DNA from: Gammaproteobacteria bacterium
GTDB taxonomy: Bacteria; Pseudomonadota; Gammaproteobacteria; SG8-11
Length of the DNA stretch: 64,000 nucleotides
Direction: 5' to 3'
Assembly (NCBI GenBank): GCA_024641505.1
Contig: JAHECY010000006.1
Span: forward strand, 1,512-65,511
In this document: positions 10,336 through 19,257 of the stretch, piece by piece
Layout of the letters: every line of letters begins with the position of its first letter
Position numbering within the stretch: the first letter of the stretch is position 1
Position numbers and translations under genes: made by a program
Notes under the pieces: generated by a model
What the model saw: the letters and a program-made list of their open reading frames with translations, nothing else
What the model was told of the DNA's origin: nothing
Databases searched by the model: none

Positions 10336-10960
10336 AATTTAAGCTGTATGCGTAGGGTGCGAGACGGTGTAACAACCGCGGCTGAAAGGCGCTGCGCAAA
10401 GAATCGGCTTCATCACACCACTGAAGCGCCAGTATCGCTTGGTGCGTAATACGCACCCTACGTGCCACTTGCGCTTGGTTTGTGACGCCGATCAATGTTG
10501 TTACGCAACCCCATTTCCCGTCTGCGATAACGGTGGTATTCTCGATTGGCAAGTAAGATGGTATCAAATTAAAAAATTGTAGGGTGCGTATTACGCACCG
10601 TCTTTATGCTTTATCCAAAGGATTGCCTGGCTCCAAACAAAACACCTAGTGGGTAACAACCGATTGTAGGGTGCGTATTACGCACCGTCTTTTGCTATAT
10701 CCAAGAGATTGCCTGGCTCCAAACAAAACACCTAGTGGGTAACAACCGATTGTAGGGTGCGTATTACGCACCGTCTTTATGCTTTATCCAAAGGATTGCC
10801 TGGCTCCAAACAAAACACATAGTGGGTAACAGCCGATTGTAGGGTGCGTATTACGCACCGTCTTTTGCTATATCCAAGAGATTGCCTGGCTCCAAACAAA
10901 ACACATAGTGGGTAGCAACCGATTGTAGGGTGCGTATTACGCACCGGCTTTTGCTCTTTC
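10336..10960. repeat. REP (palindromic GTAGGGTGCGTAWTACGCACCCTAC) cluster, including a tandem array of five copies at about 86-87 bp spacing with alternating A/B sub-units
   Basis: Palindrome copies begin at about 10347 (partial), 10441, 10578, 10665, 10751, 10838 and 10924. Spacer variants ccgtctttatgctttatccaaaggattgcc and ccgtcttttgctatatccaagagattgcc alternate. Confidence 0.85.
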
Positions 10961-11251
10961 CAAGCGTTTGCTGCGCACCAATAAGAGACATGGTGCGCAA
11001 TACCTGCCCAGGGCACTTCCATTTAAACTGATTCTAACTATTCAATCGCGGTTTTATCGTTTTTTCCTACATCGACACCCAATCTTATCATTGCTCGTTA
11101 TTAACTCCCCGAGGTGGATAAATCCCCTCCTGAAAGTCTATGTAATTACCGTATTTCAGGGCTTCTCGACCCTTACTATTCTGGTAAACTCTCCAGGTCT
11201 TCGAGCGGTACCCAGATCGGTCACCGTTACGTTTTCCACAGGGGGGAAACC

Positions 11252-12817
11252 ATGGACGTCTTGACCACCCACGCTTCGACATCGGGCGACGCCAATCCAT
11301 TGATAAAATTGCGCGCCTGGCAGCGCTTCCATGTGCGCTTGACGGGACTCTATGGGGGAACCGTGCTGGTCTGCCTGTTGCTGATCGGCTTTATCTTTTA
11401 TGCCTCGGGCGTGGACGCCGAAATTCAAGGTCTGCAAAAACGCCTGTTAGCCATGGTCAGCAGCCTGGCCGCCTCGGTGGACGGTGACAAAGTCAGCGCC
11501 ATTCCCCTGGACAGCGGCGAAAATTCTTCTTTTCACCGCGCCATCAAACAACGGTTTCAGGAAGTGGCTGATCTCGACCCTGACGTGGCGACTATTTACA
11601 TCCTGCGGCCTACCAACGAACCGACCAAATTGCGGTTCCTGGTGGATTACGTCAAAGACGGCGAGGAAGGCAAACCCGGCGAGGCTTACGATGCCACCGA
11701 CATACCGGTGATGCTCAAAGGTTTCGCCGCCCCCGCCGTGGAGAACGAGCCCTATACGGATCAGTTCGGCACCACCCTTTCCGGATACGCGCCGATCTAT
11801 AGCAGCACCGGTAAAAGCGTCGGCATCGTCGGCGCTGATGTTCATGTCTCCCGCCTCACCATTTTGGAGCATCAGGTGCGCAACGTGGTGGTGCTGGTGT
11901 TTGGCATTGCGGTACTTCTGATCAGTCTGGTTTCGTTGGCCGTGGCGCACAGCGTGCGCACGCCGCTGAGTAAAATCATCAATGCCGCAGCCGCCGTTGC
12001 CCGCGGCGATTACACGACCCGTATCGATCTCAAGCGTAACGATGAATTCGGCTTGATGAGTCAACACTTCAATAATATGGTGCATGGTCTCAAGGACCGG
12101 GAATTCATCCGGGAAACCTTCGGCCGCTATATGAGTCATGACCTGGCAACCGCCGTACTCAGCACCGAGAAGATGCCGCAACTGGGTGGCGAGGAACGGG
12201 TGGTCACGGTGCTGTTCAGCGATCTGCGGGGCTACTCCACCATGGCGGAACGCCTGCCACCGGTGGCGGTCGTGGAAATGCTCAATGAATATCTTGGTGA
12301 AATGAACGTACTGATCGACAAGTATCACGGGTGCGTGATCGAATTTCTGGGAGATGCCATCCTCGCCGTGTTCGGCGCGCCCTCCTATCAACCGGATCAC
12401 TCGGAAAACGCCGTGCGCTGCGCGATGGAAATGCGCGTGCGTCTGGCGGAACTGAATCAGCGCTGGAGCCAATCGGGATTGGCGCGTTACTGGAAGGGCA
12501 AAGCCCTGGAAAATTGGGGGCTGCGCATCGGCATCCACGCCGGCCCGGTGGTGGCGGGCAATATCGGCAGCCCGACACGCATGAAATACACCGTGATCGG
12601 CGATACCGTTAATGTCGCCGCGCGTCTGGAAAACTTGAACAAGACACTGAAAACCGATGTGCTGATCAGCGATGAAGTGTACGATCATCTGCCCGATGCG
12701 CTGGTGGGCCAGATGAAGGATCAGGGCCAGCACCAGGTGAAAGGGCGGGAACAATCCGTCAGCGTTTACTCCCTGGAAGCCTTGCATGTCGCCAAGGTGG
12801 TTCGATTTTCGAAATAG
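11252..12817 (+). CDS. Membrane-bound adenylate/guanylate cyclase with periplasmic sensor region, HAMP domain and class III cyclase domain
   Basis: Start set at the internal ATG at 11252, preceded by GGGGGGAAAC. Two TM helices flank a roughly 170-aa extracytoplasmic region. HAMP (RIDLKRNDEFGLMSQHFNNMVHGLKD). Cyclase core VVTVLFSDLRGYS...IEFLGDAILAVFGAP...GIHAGPVVAGNIGS...YTVIGDTVNVAARLE. Confidence 0.8.
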   Translation: MDVLTTHASTSGDANPLIKLRAWQRFHVRLTGLYGGTVLVCLLLIGFIFYASGVDAEIQGLQKRLLAMVSSLAASVDGDKVSAIPLDSGENSSFHRAIKQRFQEVADLDPDVATIYILRPTNEPTKLRFLVDYVKDGEEGKPGEAYDATDIPVMLKGFAAPAVENEPYTDQFGTTLSGYAPIYSSTGKSVGIVGADVHVSRLTILEHQVRNVVVLVFGIAVLLISLVSLAVAHSVRTPLSKIINAAAAVARGDYTTRIDLKRNDEFGLMSQHFNNMVHGLKDREFIRETFGRYMSHDLATAVLSTEKMPQLGGEERVVTVLFSDLRGYSTMAERLPPVAVVEMLNEYLGEMNVLIDKYHGCVIEFLGDAILAVFGAPSYQPDHSENAVRCAMEMRVRLAELNQRWSQSGLARYWKGKALENWGLRIGIHAGPVVAGNIGSPTRMKYTVIGDTVNVAARLENLNKTLKTDVLISDEVYDHLPDALVGQMKDQGQHQVKGREQSVSVYSLEALHVAKVVRFSK

Positions 12818-13030
12818 TGTTTTTCCCGGTGGCGCGATTGCTTGCCTGCCGGTGAACGCTCGCGGATGGCATCGCAATGACAGCGCCACCGACAGTGACT
12901 AACCCGTCAAATTCTGTGTACTTTACGCACCCCATCCATCCCTTCGCTAATTTAATTACTAGCATATCTCGTATAATCTTTCGCTCTTAACTTATACGAA
13001 ACACCCTATTTTGTCCGCAGCCCCCGCTTC

Positions 13031-13045
13031 GTAACACATTGTTAC
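13031..13045. promoter_or_regulatory. Inverted repeat GTAACA-cat-TGTTAC in hemerythrin promoter region (candidate operator)
   Basis: Perfect palindrome read directly, about 210 bp upstream of the hemerythrin ATG. Its half-site equals the (TGTTAC)n microsatellite unit at 26361-26390. Confidence 0.35.
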
Positions 13046-13253
13046 ACATCACATTTTCAACATCATGCACCCTATTTGTTCAAAATATTCAGCCATTTAT
13101 AAAACCTTACATATGTTCTCCCTGTAAAGAATTATTACAAATAGACGACAAATGCACTAAGGATTTTAACTGAGTTGTTTACTTTGTTTTACACCTAATA
13201 CAGTGACAACGACTCATTTGCCTTGAATATAACCCCCAAGAGGAGATCGACAC

Positions 13254-13664
13254 ATGCCATTGTTTACCTGGAGTAATGAATACAGCGTGGGCGTAGGTAC
13301 CATGGACAGCCACCACAAAACCCTGTTCGACATCATGAACAAGCTTCATGACGCCATGAAGCAGGGTCAGGCGGAAGACCGCATCGCCGCCACCATCCGC
13401 GAACTGGTGGACTACACTGTATATCACTTCGGTGAAGAAGAAAAAATCATGGAGCGTATCAACTATGCCGGTATCGGCGCGCAAAAACGCGAACATGTCG
13501 TATTTGTGGACAAAATGAACGAGTATAAAGCCAAGGCGGACAAGGGTCAGGCTATCTTCACCGTGGCGGAAGTCGCGGCGACCTCTGTGACATGGCTGCG
13601 GGAACACATTCTGGGCATGGACAAGAAATACGAAGAAACTATGAAGGCGCACGGGATCAAATGA
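13254..13664 (+). CDS. Bacteriohemerythrin (hemerythrin-like O2/iron-binding domain protein)
   Basis: 136 aa. MPLFTWSNEYSVGVGTMDSHHKTLFDIMN...HF.EEE...H motifs typical of single-domain bacterial hemerythrins. Good RBS (agaggag). Confidence 0.8.
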   Translation: MPLFTWSNEYSVGVGTMDSHHKTLFDIMNKLHDAMKQGQAEDRIAATIRELVDYTVYHFGEEEKIMERINYAGIGAQKREHVVFVDKMNEYKAKADKGQAIFTVAEVAATSVTWLREHILGMDKKYEETMKAHGIK

Positions 13665-13682
13665 TCTCTGGTCACTGACCTG

Positions 13683-13722
13683 ACCTCGGGGGGTGCGCAT
13701 CGCACCCCCCTTTTTTTTCCCC
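13683..13722 (+). terminator. Rho-independent terminator after hemerythrin gene
   Basis: ggggggtgcgcatcgcacccccc hairpin followed by a T-run (tttttttt). Confidence 0.6.
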
Positions 13723-14000
13723 CTCGGCAGTACGCAATCCCATTGCAGGTGCGCAGCGTCCCCGCCATTGGTGCTCCCCCCTCGATATTGCGGAATCACA
13801 TTTGGGATGCGCATCGCACCGCTTTTGTTGCGGCCCCTCGTTAGTGCGGAATCACATTCGGGGTGTGCATCGCCCACCCTTTAGTGCGCGCCCTCGACAG
13901 TGCGCACCTTGGGGGCGTATGACGCACCGATCTTTATCTGGTTTTGTCACCATCGAGAGCACATGAACGAAAAGCAAAAGCCGGTGCGTCATACGCACCC
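13683..14000. repeat. Cluster of about 5 degenerate REP-like palindromes (GGTGCG..CGCACC variants)
   Basis: ggtgcgcatcgcacc, gatgcgcatcgcacc, gtgtgcatcgcccacc, ggcgtatgacgcacc and ggtgcgtcatacgcaccctac lie in the convergent intergenic region. Confidence 0.6.
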
Positions 14001-15046
14001 TACGGGGGCAGAATGCTTTCCAGACCGGTAATATGGGTGGTATCGGCGTCACGAGCGAAAGAGGATTCGACAAGCCCGGTAATATCGTTCGTTGTTGACA
14101 ATCCGAAGTGCTGCATGAGATCGGCTATTTTCTGGATATCTGCGTCACGCGGCGCGTAGTTGTCGAAATCGATGCGGTTTTTGGGCGTGTTCAGGGTGTA
14201 CATCACCAGATCGTAGGGCTGACCCCAGTACTTGGAGGCAATGCGTCCGGCTTCCTCCGGATTCTGCTTGGCCCATTGCAGGGCCCGGGCGGCCGCGGTC
14301 ACCATATACTTCACCACCTCCGGCTCATCCTTGATCATGCGGTTTTTGATGATCGTGAGATTGCTGAAAAATCCGGGCCACACTTCCTCGGCATATTTAA
14401 ACTTCTTTGACTCTCCGGACATCAACGTCTTAGCGGCAAACGGTTCGCCGACATAGTACGCATCCAGCGCGCCGGAAGACAATGCCGCGGCCATATCCGG
14501 TGGATTCATTTCCACGACGTTGACCTGACCGGTGAGATTGGCTTTTTCCAATTGCTCCATGATACTCAGATTATGGCCTGAAAACCGCATGGGCACGGCG
14601 ACGGTCTTGCCAATCAAGTCATTCCAGGTATTGCCGTTGAGATCCTTGCGTACCACCAGGGTACTCTCATTGCGGTTACCGACGAGTATGATCTTGACGT
14701 CTTCGCCCTGCTGTCGCAGCACAACGGACAAAGGCGCGATGATAAACGCCGCGTCGATCTGATTATTGCGCAAAGACTCGCCCATTTCCGCGAACGAAGC
14801 GAATTTCAGGGCTTTAAAACGAATGCCTTTGGTTTCCTTGCTCACCTTGTCCAGAATTGGCGCCGCCAGATTGCTGAACACGGGCATATAGCCCATGGTA
14901 ATCACTTTGCGGTCGCTGTCTTCGTTATTGACGTATTCATGCATGAAGGTGATGAAAATCAACCATGCGGTAATCGCCGCCGACAGCTTCCATACCATGG
15001 GCATTTGAGATATGGGTCTAAAATTGTCCCGTTGATTGCTATCCAT
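14000..15046 (-). CDS. ABC transporter substrate-binding protein, NitT/TauT (nitrate/sulfonate/bicarbonate, NMT1-like) family
   Basis: 348 aa with an N-terminal TM/signal (WKLSAAITAWLIFITF) and an NMT1/SsuA-like body. Alternative start at 15004. Confidence 0.75.
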   Translation of the reverse strand: MDSNQRDNFRPISQMPMVWKLSAAITAWLIFITFMHEYVNNEDSDRKVITMGYMPVFSNLAAPILDKVSKETKGIRFKALKFASFAEMGESLRNNQIDAAFIIAPLSVVLRQQGEDVKIILVGNRNESTLVVRKDLNGNTWNDLIGKTVAVPMRFSGHNLSIMEQLEKANLTGQVNVVEMNPPDMAAALSSGALDAYYVGEPFAAKTLMSGESKKFKYAEEVWPGFFSNLTIIKNRMIKDEPEVVKYMVTAAARALQWAKQNPEEAGRIASKYWGQPYDLVMYTLNTPKNRIDFDNYAPRDADIQKIADLMQHFGLSTTNDITGLVESSFARDADTTHITGLESILPP

Positions 15047-15460
15047 CTATATCGCCACATTTCGCTCGTAAATCGTTTTCTTGCACTACCCACCGGTATA
15101 GCTTCAGAACCGAGCCTGGTCCTGTCATCGGCAGATCCATTATTCCCCGCAAATGTTACCGCCACCGGCAGCTTGCGATACGCATTTCACCACCGGACTT
15201 GCCGGATTGCGCGCCGGAGTTTTTTTAATTATCGAAATCGTGGTGCGTTGTACGCCGTCCCCATTCAGCCAATGATGGGTAATGGAGATCAACAGCAGCC
15301 ATGTCGTGAGCACAACCAGCAACATGTAGCCCAAATGCTGCTGGGTTCGAGGTTGGAAGCTTGCCCGATGCTCATAATCCGGGCGTGGCTTGAATTGCGC
15401 TTTACCGGTCACCTGATTCACCGTACCTAAATCGGTACGGATACGACCAAAGCCTCTGCA

Positions 15461-16255
15461 TCAAACCGCATAACTGACCCCGAGTTTTAAAAATATATCG
15501 TCACGAATTTCCGCCAGTTCCTTGTTGGTCTCGAGATTGCGTGGCCGTTCAAACTTCATTTCATATACCGCTTTTACCTTGGTGGGTCGATCGCCCATCA
15601 CTATGATGCGATCTGCCATAATCACCGCGTCTTCGATAAAATGCGTGACCATGATCATGGTTTTACCGATATAGCTGTGGATATTGACCACTTCCTCACG
15701 GATGCGCAATTGCGTCAGATAGTCCAGGCCGGTAAACGGTTCGTCCATAAATAACATGTCGGGATTAACCACCAGCGCCCGGGCCAATTCGGCGCGCCGC
15801 TGCATACCACCGGAAAGTTGATTCGGGTAGTGATTTTCAAAGCCAGTCAATTCCACCATATCAAGAAATTCGAATACCATATGGCGTTTTTCCTGTTCAT
15901 CACTGATATGGCGCACTCCCAATTCCACGTTTTGCCACACGGTCATCCAGGGCAGCAGGCCATTGTGCTGAAACACAAAAATATGGTCGGCGCTGGGTCC
16001 TTTTACCTCTTTGCCATCGATCAGTACCCGACCGGAACTAGGTGTATCGAAACCGGCGATGATACGCAGCATGGAAGACTTGCCGCAACCGGAAGCGCCA
16101 AGCACACACACCATTTCCCCGTCCTGAAATTCCAGATTCACGTTATCGAGAACCCGCATTATTTCCCCGGGTCGTGCCGCATCTCCAGGCTGGCGTTTCA
16201 CCGACCGGCGGTTAACGTATTCCTTGGTGAGATTTTCTATTTTTACGTGCCCCAT
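15461..16255 (-). CDS. ABC transporter ATP-binding protein (NitT/TauT family)
   Basis: Walker A GASGCGKSS, signature LSGGMQRRAELARAL, Walker B LFMDEPFTGLD. Start chosen at MGHVKIENLTKEY (16255). The ORF track extends to 16297, overlapping the permease stop. Confidence 0.8.
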   Translation of the reverse strand: MGHVKIENLTKEYVNRRSVKRQPGDAARPGEIMRVLDNVNLEFQDGEMVCVLGASGCGKSSMLRIIAGFDTPSSGRVLIDGKEVKGPSADHIFVFQHNGLLPWMTVWQNVELGVRHISDEQEKRHMVFEFLDMVELTGFENHYPNQLSGGMQRRAELARALVVNPDMLFMDEPFTGLDYLTQLRIREEVVNIHSYIGKTMIMVTHFIEDAVIMADRIIVMGDRPTKVKAVYEMKFERPRNLETNKELAEIRDDIFLKLGVSYAV

Positions 16256-16275
16256 AATCCACTGCCTTGTATGCG

Positions 16276-17052
16276 CTATTTTTTTGCTTTCGCCCATTTC
16301 AGATAGTCCACGGAAGTCACCCGGATCATTATGATATCCAGCAACAAGCCGATGAGACCGATTGTAATCATGCCCACCATGACGTTATCCATGCGCAGGG
16401 CATTGCGCGCGTCGACAATGAGATAACCCAGCCCCGACTGTACCGCAATCATTTCCGCCGCCACCACCACCAGCCAGGCAATAGCCACGGTGAGACGTAT
16501 CGCGGTCACTACTTCGGGAATGATCGCCGGCACCACGATCTTGGTAATCACTTCGATACGCGAAAAATTGAAGTTGGCCGCCACCTGAAAATACATCGGG
16601 TTGATGGATTCCACCGCCACCGCGGTGGCCACCACCAGCGGAAAGAAGCTGGCGAGAAATATCAGAAATATCGCCGGTTGATCACCGATGCCGAACCAAA
16701 GCATGGCCAAGGGAATCCAGGCCAGCGGCGAAATCGGGCGCAGAAACTGGATCAGCGGGTTGATCAGGCTTTTTGCCACGGTCATGCGACCCAGCAGTAT
16801 GCCCAAAGGTATGCCCAGCATCACCGCCAGGTAAAACCCGACCGTTACCCGGTATAAGCTGGCCACGGAATGTTTGAGCAGAGAGCTGTCCTGCGCCAGA
16901 TCCAGAGCGCTTTGCATCACCACCATGGGCCCTGGAAATACCTGATGACTCCAGTCGCTATAGCGTGTGATGCCGTCCCACAGCAAAAATATCACCACGA
17001 ACGAAAGCACGGGAAACAGTATGAACGAACGCTTTAATGCTTTGCGCATCAT
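16276..17052 (-). CDS. ABC transporter permease (NitT/TauT family)
   Basis: 258-aa polytopic membrane protein with a BPD-transporter-type permease body. Lies 18 nt downstream of the ParA-like gene. Confidence 0.8.
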   Translation of the reverse strand: MMRKALKRSFILFPVLSFVVIFLLWDGITRYSDWSHQVFPGPMVVMQSALDLAQDSSLLKHSVASLYRVTVGFYLAVMLGIPLGILLGRMTVAKSLINPLIQFLRPISPLAWIPLAMLWFGIGDQPAIFLIFLASFFPLVVATAVAVESINPMYFQVAANFNFSRIEVITKIVVPAIIPEVVTAIRLTVAIAWLVVVAAEMIAVQSGLGYLIVDARNALRMDNVMVGMITIGLIGLLLDIIMIRVTSVDYLKWAKAKK

Positions 17053-17069
17053 AATTTTTGATATCTCAA

Positions 17070-18050
17070 CTACAACGCCAGAATTTCTTTAGCCAGGGAA
17101 AAATACTGCAATCCGGCACGGCTGCTTTTGTTGTAGTACATAGTGGGCGAGAGCACGATCTGGGACTGAGGTACATTGTCATCCTTTTCGATGATGGTCT
17201 GAAACAGACTACCGGTGAAGGCGCGATTCATCTTGGTATAGATGACTTTTGATGCCATATTGTCACGATCAAACATCGTCACCAGGATATGGGAGCGTAT
17301 ATCATGCTGGGACTTTTCCCGGATTAAATTAATCATGCTCTGAATATGATTGATACCGTTCATGGAAAGAAATTCCGCCTGAGTGCATATCGCCGCCATA
17401 TCCGAAGCCAACAGGGCGTTGAGAGTAAAAAAATCGCCGGACGGCGGCGTATCAATGAGCACGTAGTCGAAATACGGCTTCACCGGCGCCAGCATGTCGC
17501 GCAGCATATACTGAAAGTTCTCACTATTTTGTTGTTTGTTCAGCAATGTCATCTTGGTATTGGACGGTAACAGCCAGAAATAAAGACCGGTTTTCACGAT
17601 GTAGTCCGCCAGGGAATTTTCGGGATCGCTGCTGGCATCGAAAAACGAACGCGCATCACGGTAGTTCAGCAGCAGGCTGAGATTGGCTTGGATATCGAAA
17701 TCAATGACCAATACCCGTTTCTTCATCAATACCAGTGAGGTCGCCAGGTTGAGGCAGGTAGTGGTCTTGGCCACACCGCCCTTCTGGTTGCAAATTGTAA
17801 TTACTTTACAAGACCGGGCTGAATCTGACATATCCATGCCATCGATGATTACCGGCTTTTGCGCCTTGCGCACGAAGTCGGGGTTCGACGCGGCATCCGG
17901 CGCTGGCAATGATAACAATGGTTGCCGAATGGAAAACACATGGCCGCAACGACAACAGCGTGCCCGGGAAACGCGTTTTTCCAATAAATGCTCGTCGATC
18001 CGGTAACGTGTCGCGCACTCGTCACAAGTAACAATCATATGTCCATCCAA
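17070..18050 (-). CDS. ParA/MinD-family ATPase with N-terminal MJ0042-type zinc ribbon
   Basis: The N-terminus MIVTCDECATRYRIDEHLLEKRVSRARCCRCGHVF has CxxC...CxxC. It is followed by a deviant Walker A (KVITICNQKGGVAKTTTCLNLA) and a ParA/MinD body. Confidence 0.75.
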   Translation of the reverse strand: MDGHMIVTCDECATRYRIDEHLLEKRVSRARCCRCGHVFSIRQPLLSLPAPDAASNPDFVRKAQKPVIIDGMDMSDSARSCKVITICNQKGGVAKTTTCLNLATSLVLMKKRVLVIDFDIQANLSLLLNYRDARSFFDASSDPENSLADYIVKTGLYFWLLPSNTKMTLLNKQQNSENFQYMLRDMLAPVKPYFDYVLIDTPPSGDFFTLNALLASDMAAICTQAEFLSMNGINHIQSMINLIREKSQHDIRSHILVTMFDRDNMASKVIYTKMNRAFTGSLFQTIIEKDDNVPQSQIVLSPTMYYNKSSRAGLQYFSLAKEILAL

Positions 18051-18145
18051 TTTTCAGTAAAAAGTTTTAGAACATCGCACTGTGACCAATTTGTCCGCAA
18101 GCACCAACCTGGCAGGCGCCTGCGTCGCACCATGCGTGGTTGCGG

Positions 18146-19225
18146 TCAGCCTGCGGTTACCACCCGCTCCTCGCCATTGCGCTCGCCCAATACACCGGCG
18201 ATTTTTTCACTAAGTTTTAGATCACTGACCACGAAATCGACCACACCTTCTTCGATCGCGCACTGCGCCAGATTTGGATACACGCAGGTTTCGGTATTCT
18301 GTGCAATGGTGGTACCGTGCTTTTTCTTAATTTCCGAAAAACCCATTTGGCCGTCATTGCCCACGCCAGTGAGCAACACACCCACCGCATGCTGATCGAA
18401 AACGCTGGCTGCGGACATGAATAAGGCATCCAACGGCTTGTGTCGCCCCGGCCCCTTTTTCAAGCACGGCTCATTGGCTTCGTTGAGCGCAATTATCATC
18501 GGTTCCTTATAGGAACACACATAGCAGACCCCCGCTTCCAACACCATGTCTTCCTGTGCGGCTTCGACTTTCCATTGCGTATATTCGTTGAATTGCTTGA
18601 CGAAGTTAGGGAGAATTTTTGGCTCGATTTCCTGCACCACCACCGCCGCCGCCGGAAAATCCGGTGACAACTCCGACATAATACGGATTATGGTATTGGG
18701 CCCGCCGAGAGTGGTACCCAGGGTCAGCACGCCTTCCAGTGTCTGATAGCCGTAGCGTTCCGCCAAATTGGCGCGCAGATCGACTTTTTGCAGCTTTACC
18801 CTGCGTACATTGTTAATATTTTCCGCGGCGGCGATCTTCACCCGGTCAATGATCTGCTGCCCCTGGCTGTGAATGTCGGTGGAAATGGCGCCGGAAGGCT
18901 TGGGCAGAAAATCGACGACGCCCAACCGCAATGCTTCAAAAGTGATATCACCGTGGAAAAACAGTGAACTGAGCATAACGATCGGCACCGGCGACTCTAT
19001 CATAATATGACGAATCGCCTTGATGCCGTCCATCACCGGCATATCAACATCCAGGGTCACCACATGCGGTTTCAGAGCTTTGATTTTTTCCAGAGCATCG
19101 CGACCGTTACGCGCGCTGCCGACTACTTCGATCTCGGCGTCCTGTTCCAGGATATCGCGCAACGCTTTCACCATGAAGGAAGCGTCATCCACGATCAACA
19201 CTTTTATCTTATCACTCATAGTCAT
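18146..19225 (-). CDS. CheB-like protein (REC + methylesterase fold) with apparently degenerate catalytic triad
   Basis: REC domain (KVLIVDDASFM...VTLDVDMPVMDG). The esterase-domain segment LGTTLGGP aligns with E. coli IGASTGG (Ser164 to Thr). VVQEIEP aligns with ITQHMPP (His190 to Glu). GVGNDG keeps Asp286. Confidence 0.8.
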   Translation of the reverse strand: MTMSDKIKVLIVDDASFMVKALRDILEQDAEIEVVGSARNGRDALEKIKALKPHVVTLDVDMPVMDGIKAIRHIMIESPVPIVMLSSLFFHGDITFEALRLGVVDFLPKPSGAISTDIHSQGQQIIDRVKIAAAENINNVRRVKLQKVDLRANLAERYGYQTLEGVLTLGTTLGGPNTIIRIMSELSPDFPAAAVVVQEIEPKILPNFVKQFNEYTQWKVEAAQEDMVLEAGVCYVCSYKEPMIIALNEANEPCLKKGPGRHKPLDALFMSAASVFDQHAVGVLLTGVGNDGQMGFSEIKKKHGTTIAQNTETCVYPNLAQCAIEEGVVDFVVSDLKLSEKIAGVLGERNGEERVVTAG

Positions 19226-19257
19226 GTTCCCTATCTGTCAGGAGTCGATGTTGATGC

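Noticed and set aside
10560-10960. Periodic palindromic repeats resembling a CRISPR array
   Set aside because: The spacers are not unique (two alternating versions). The repeat is the genome-wide REP palindrome found singly elsewhere. No cas genes or leader are present. Interpreted as a BIME-like REP array.
11447-12889. 480-aa minus-strand ORF
   Set aside because: Fully antisense to the plus-strand HAMP/adenylate cyclase gene, which has clear domain motifs. The minus-strand product is a low-complexity His/Gly-rich sequence.
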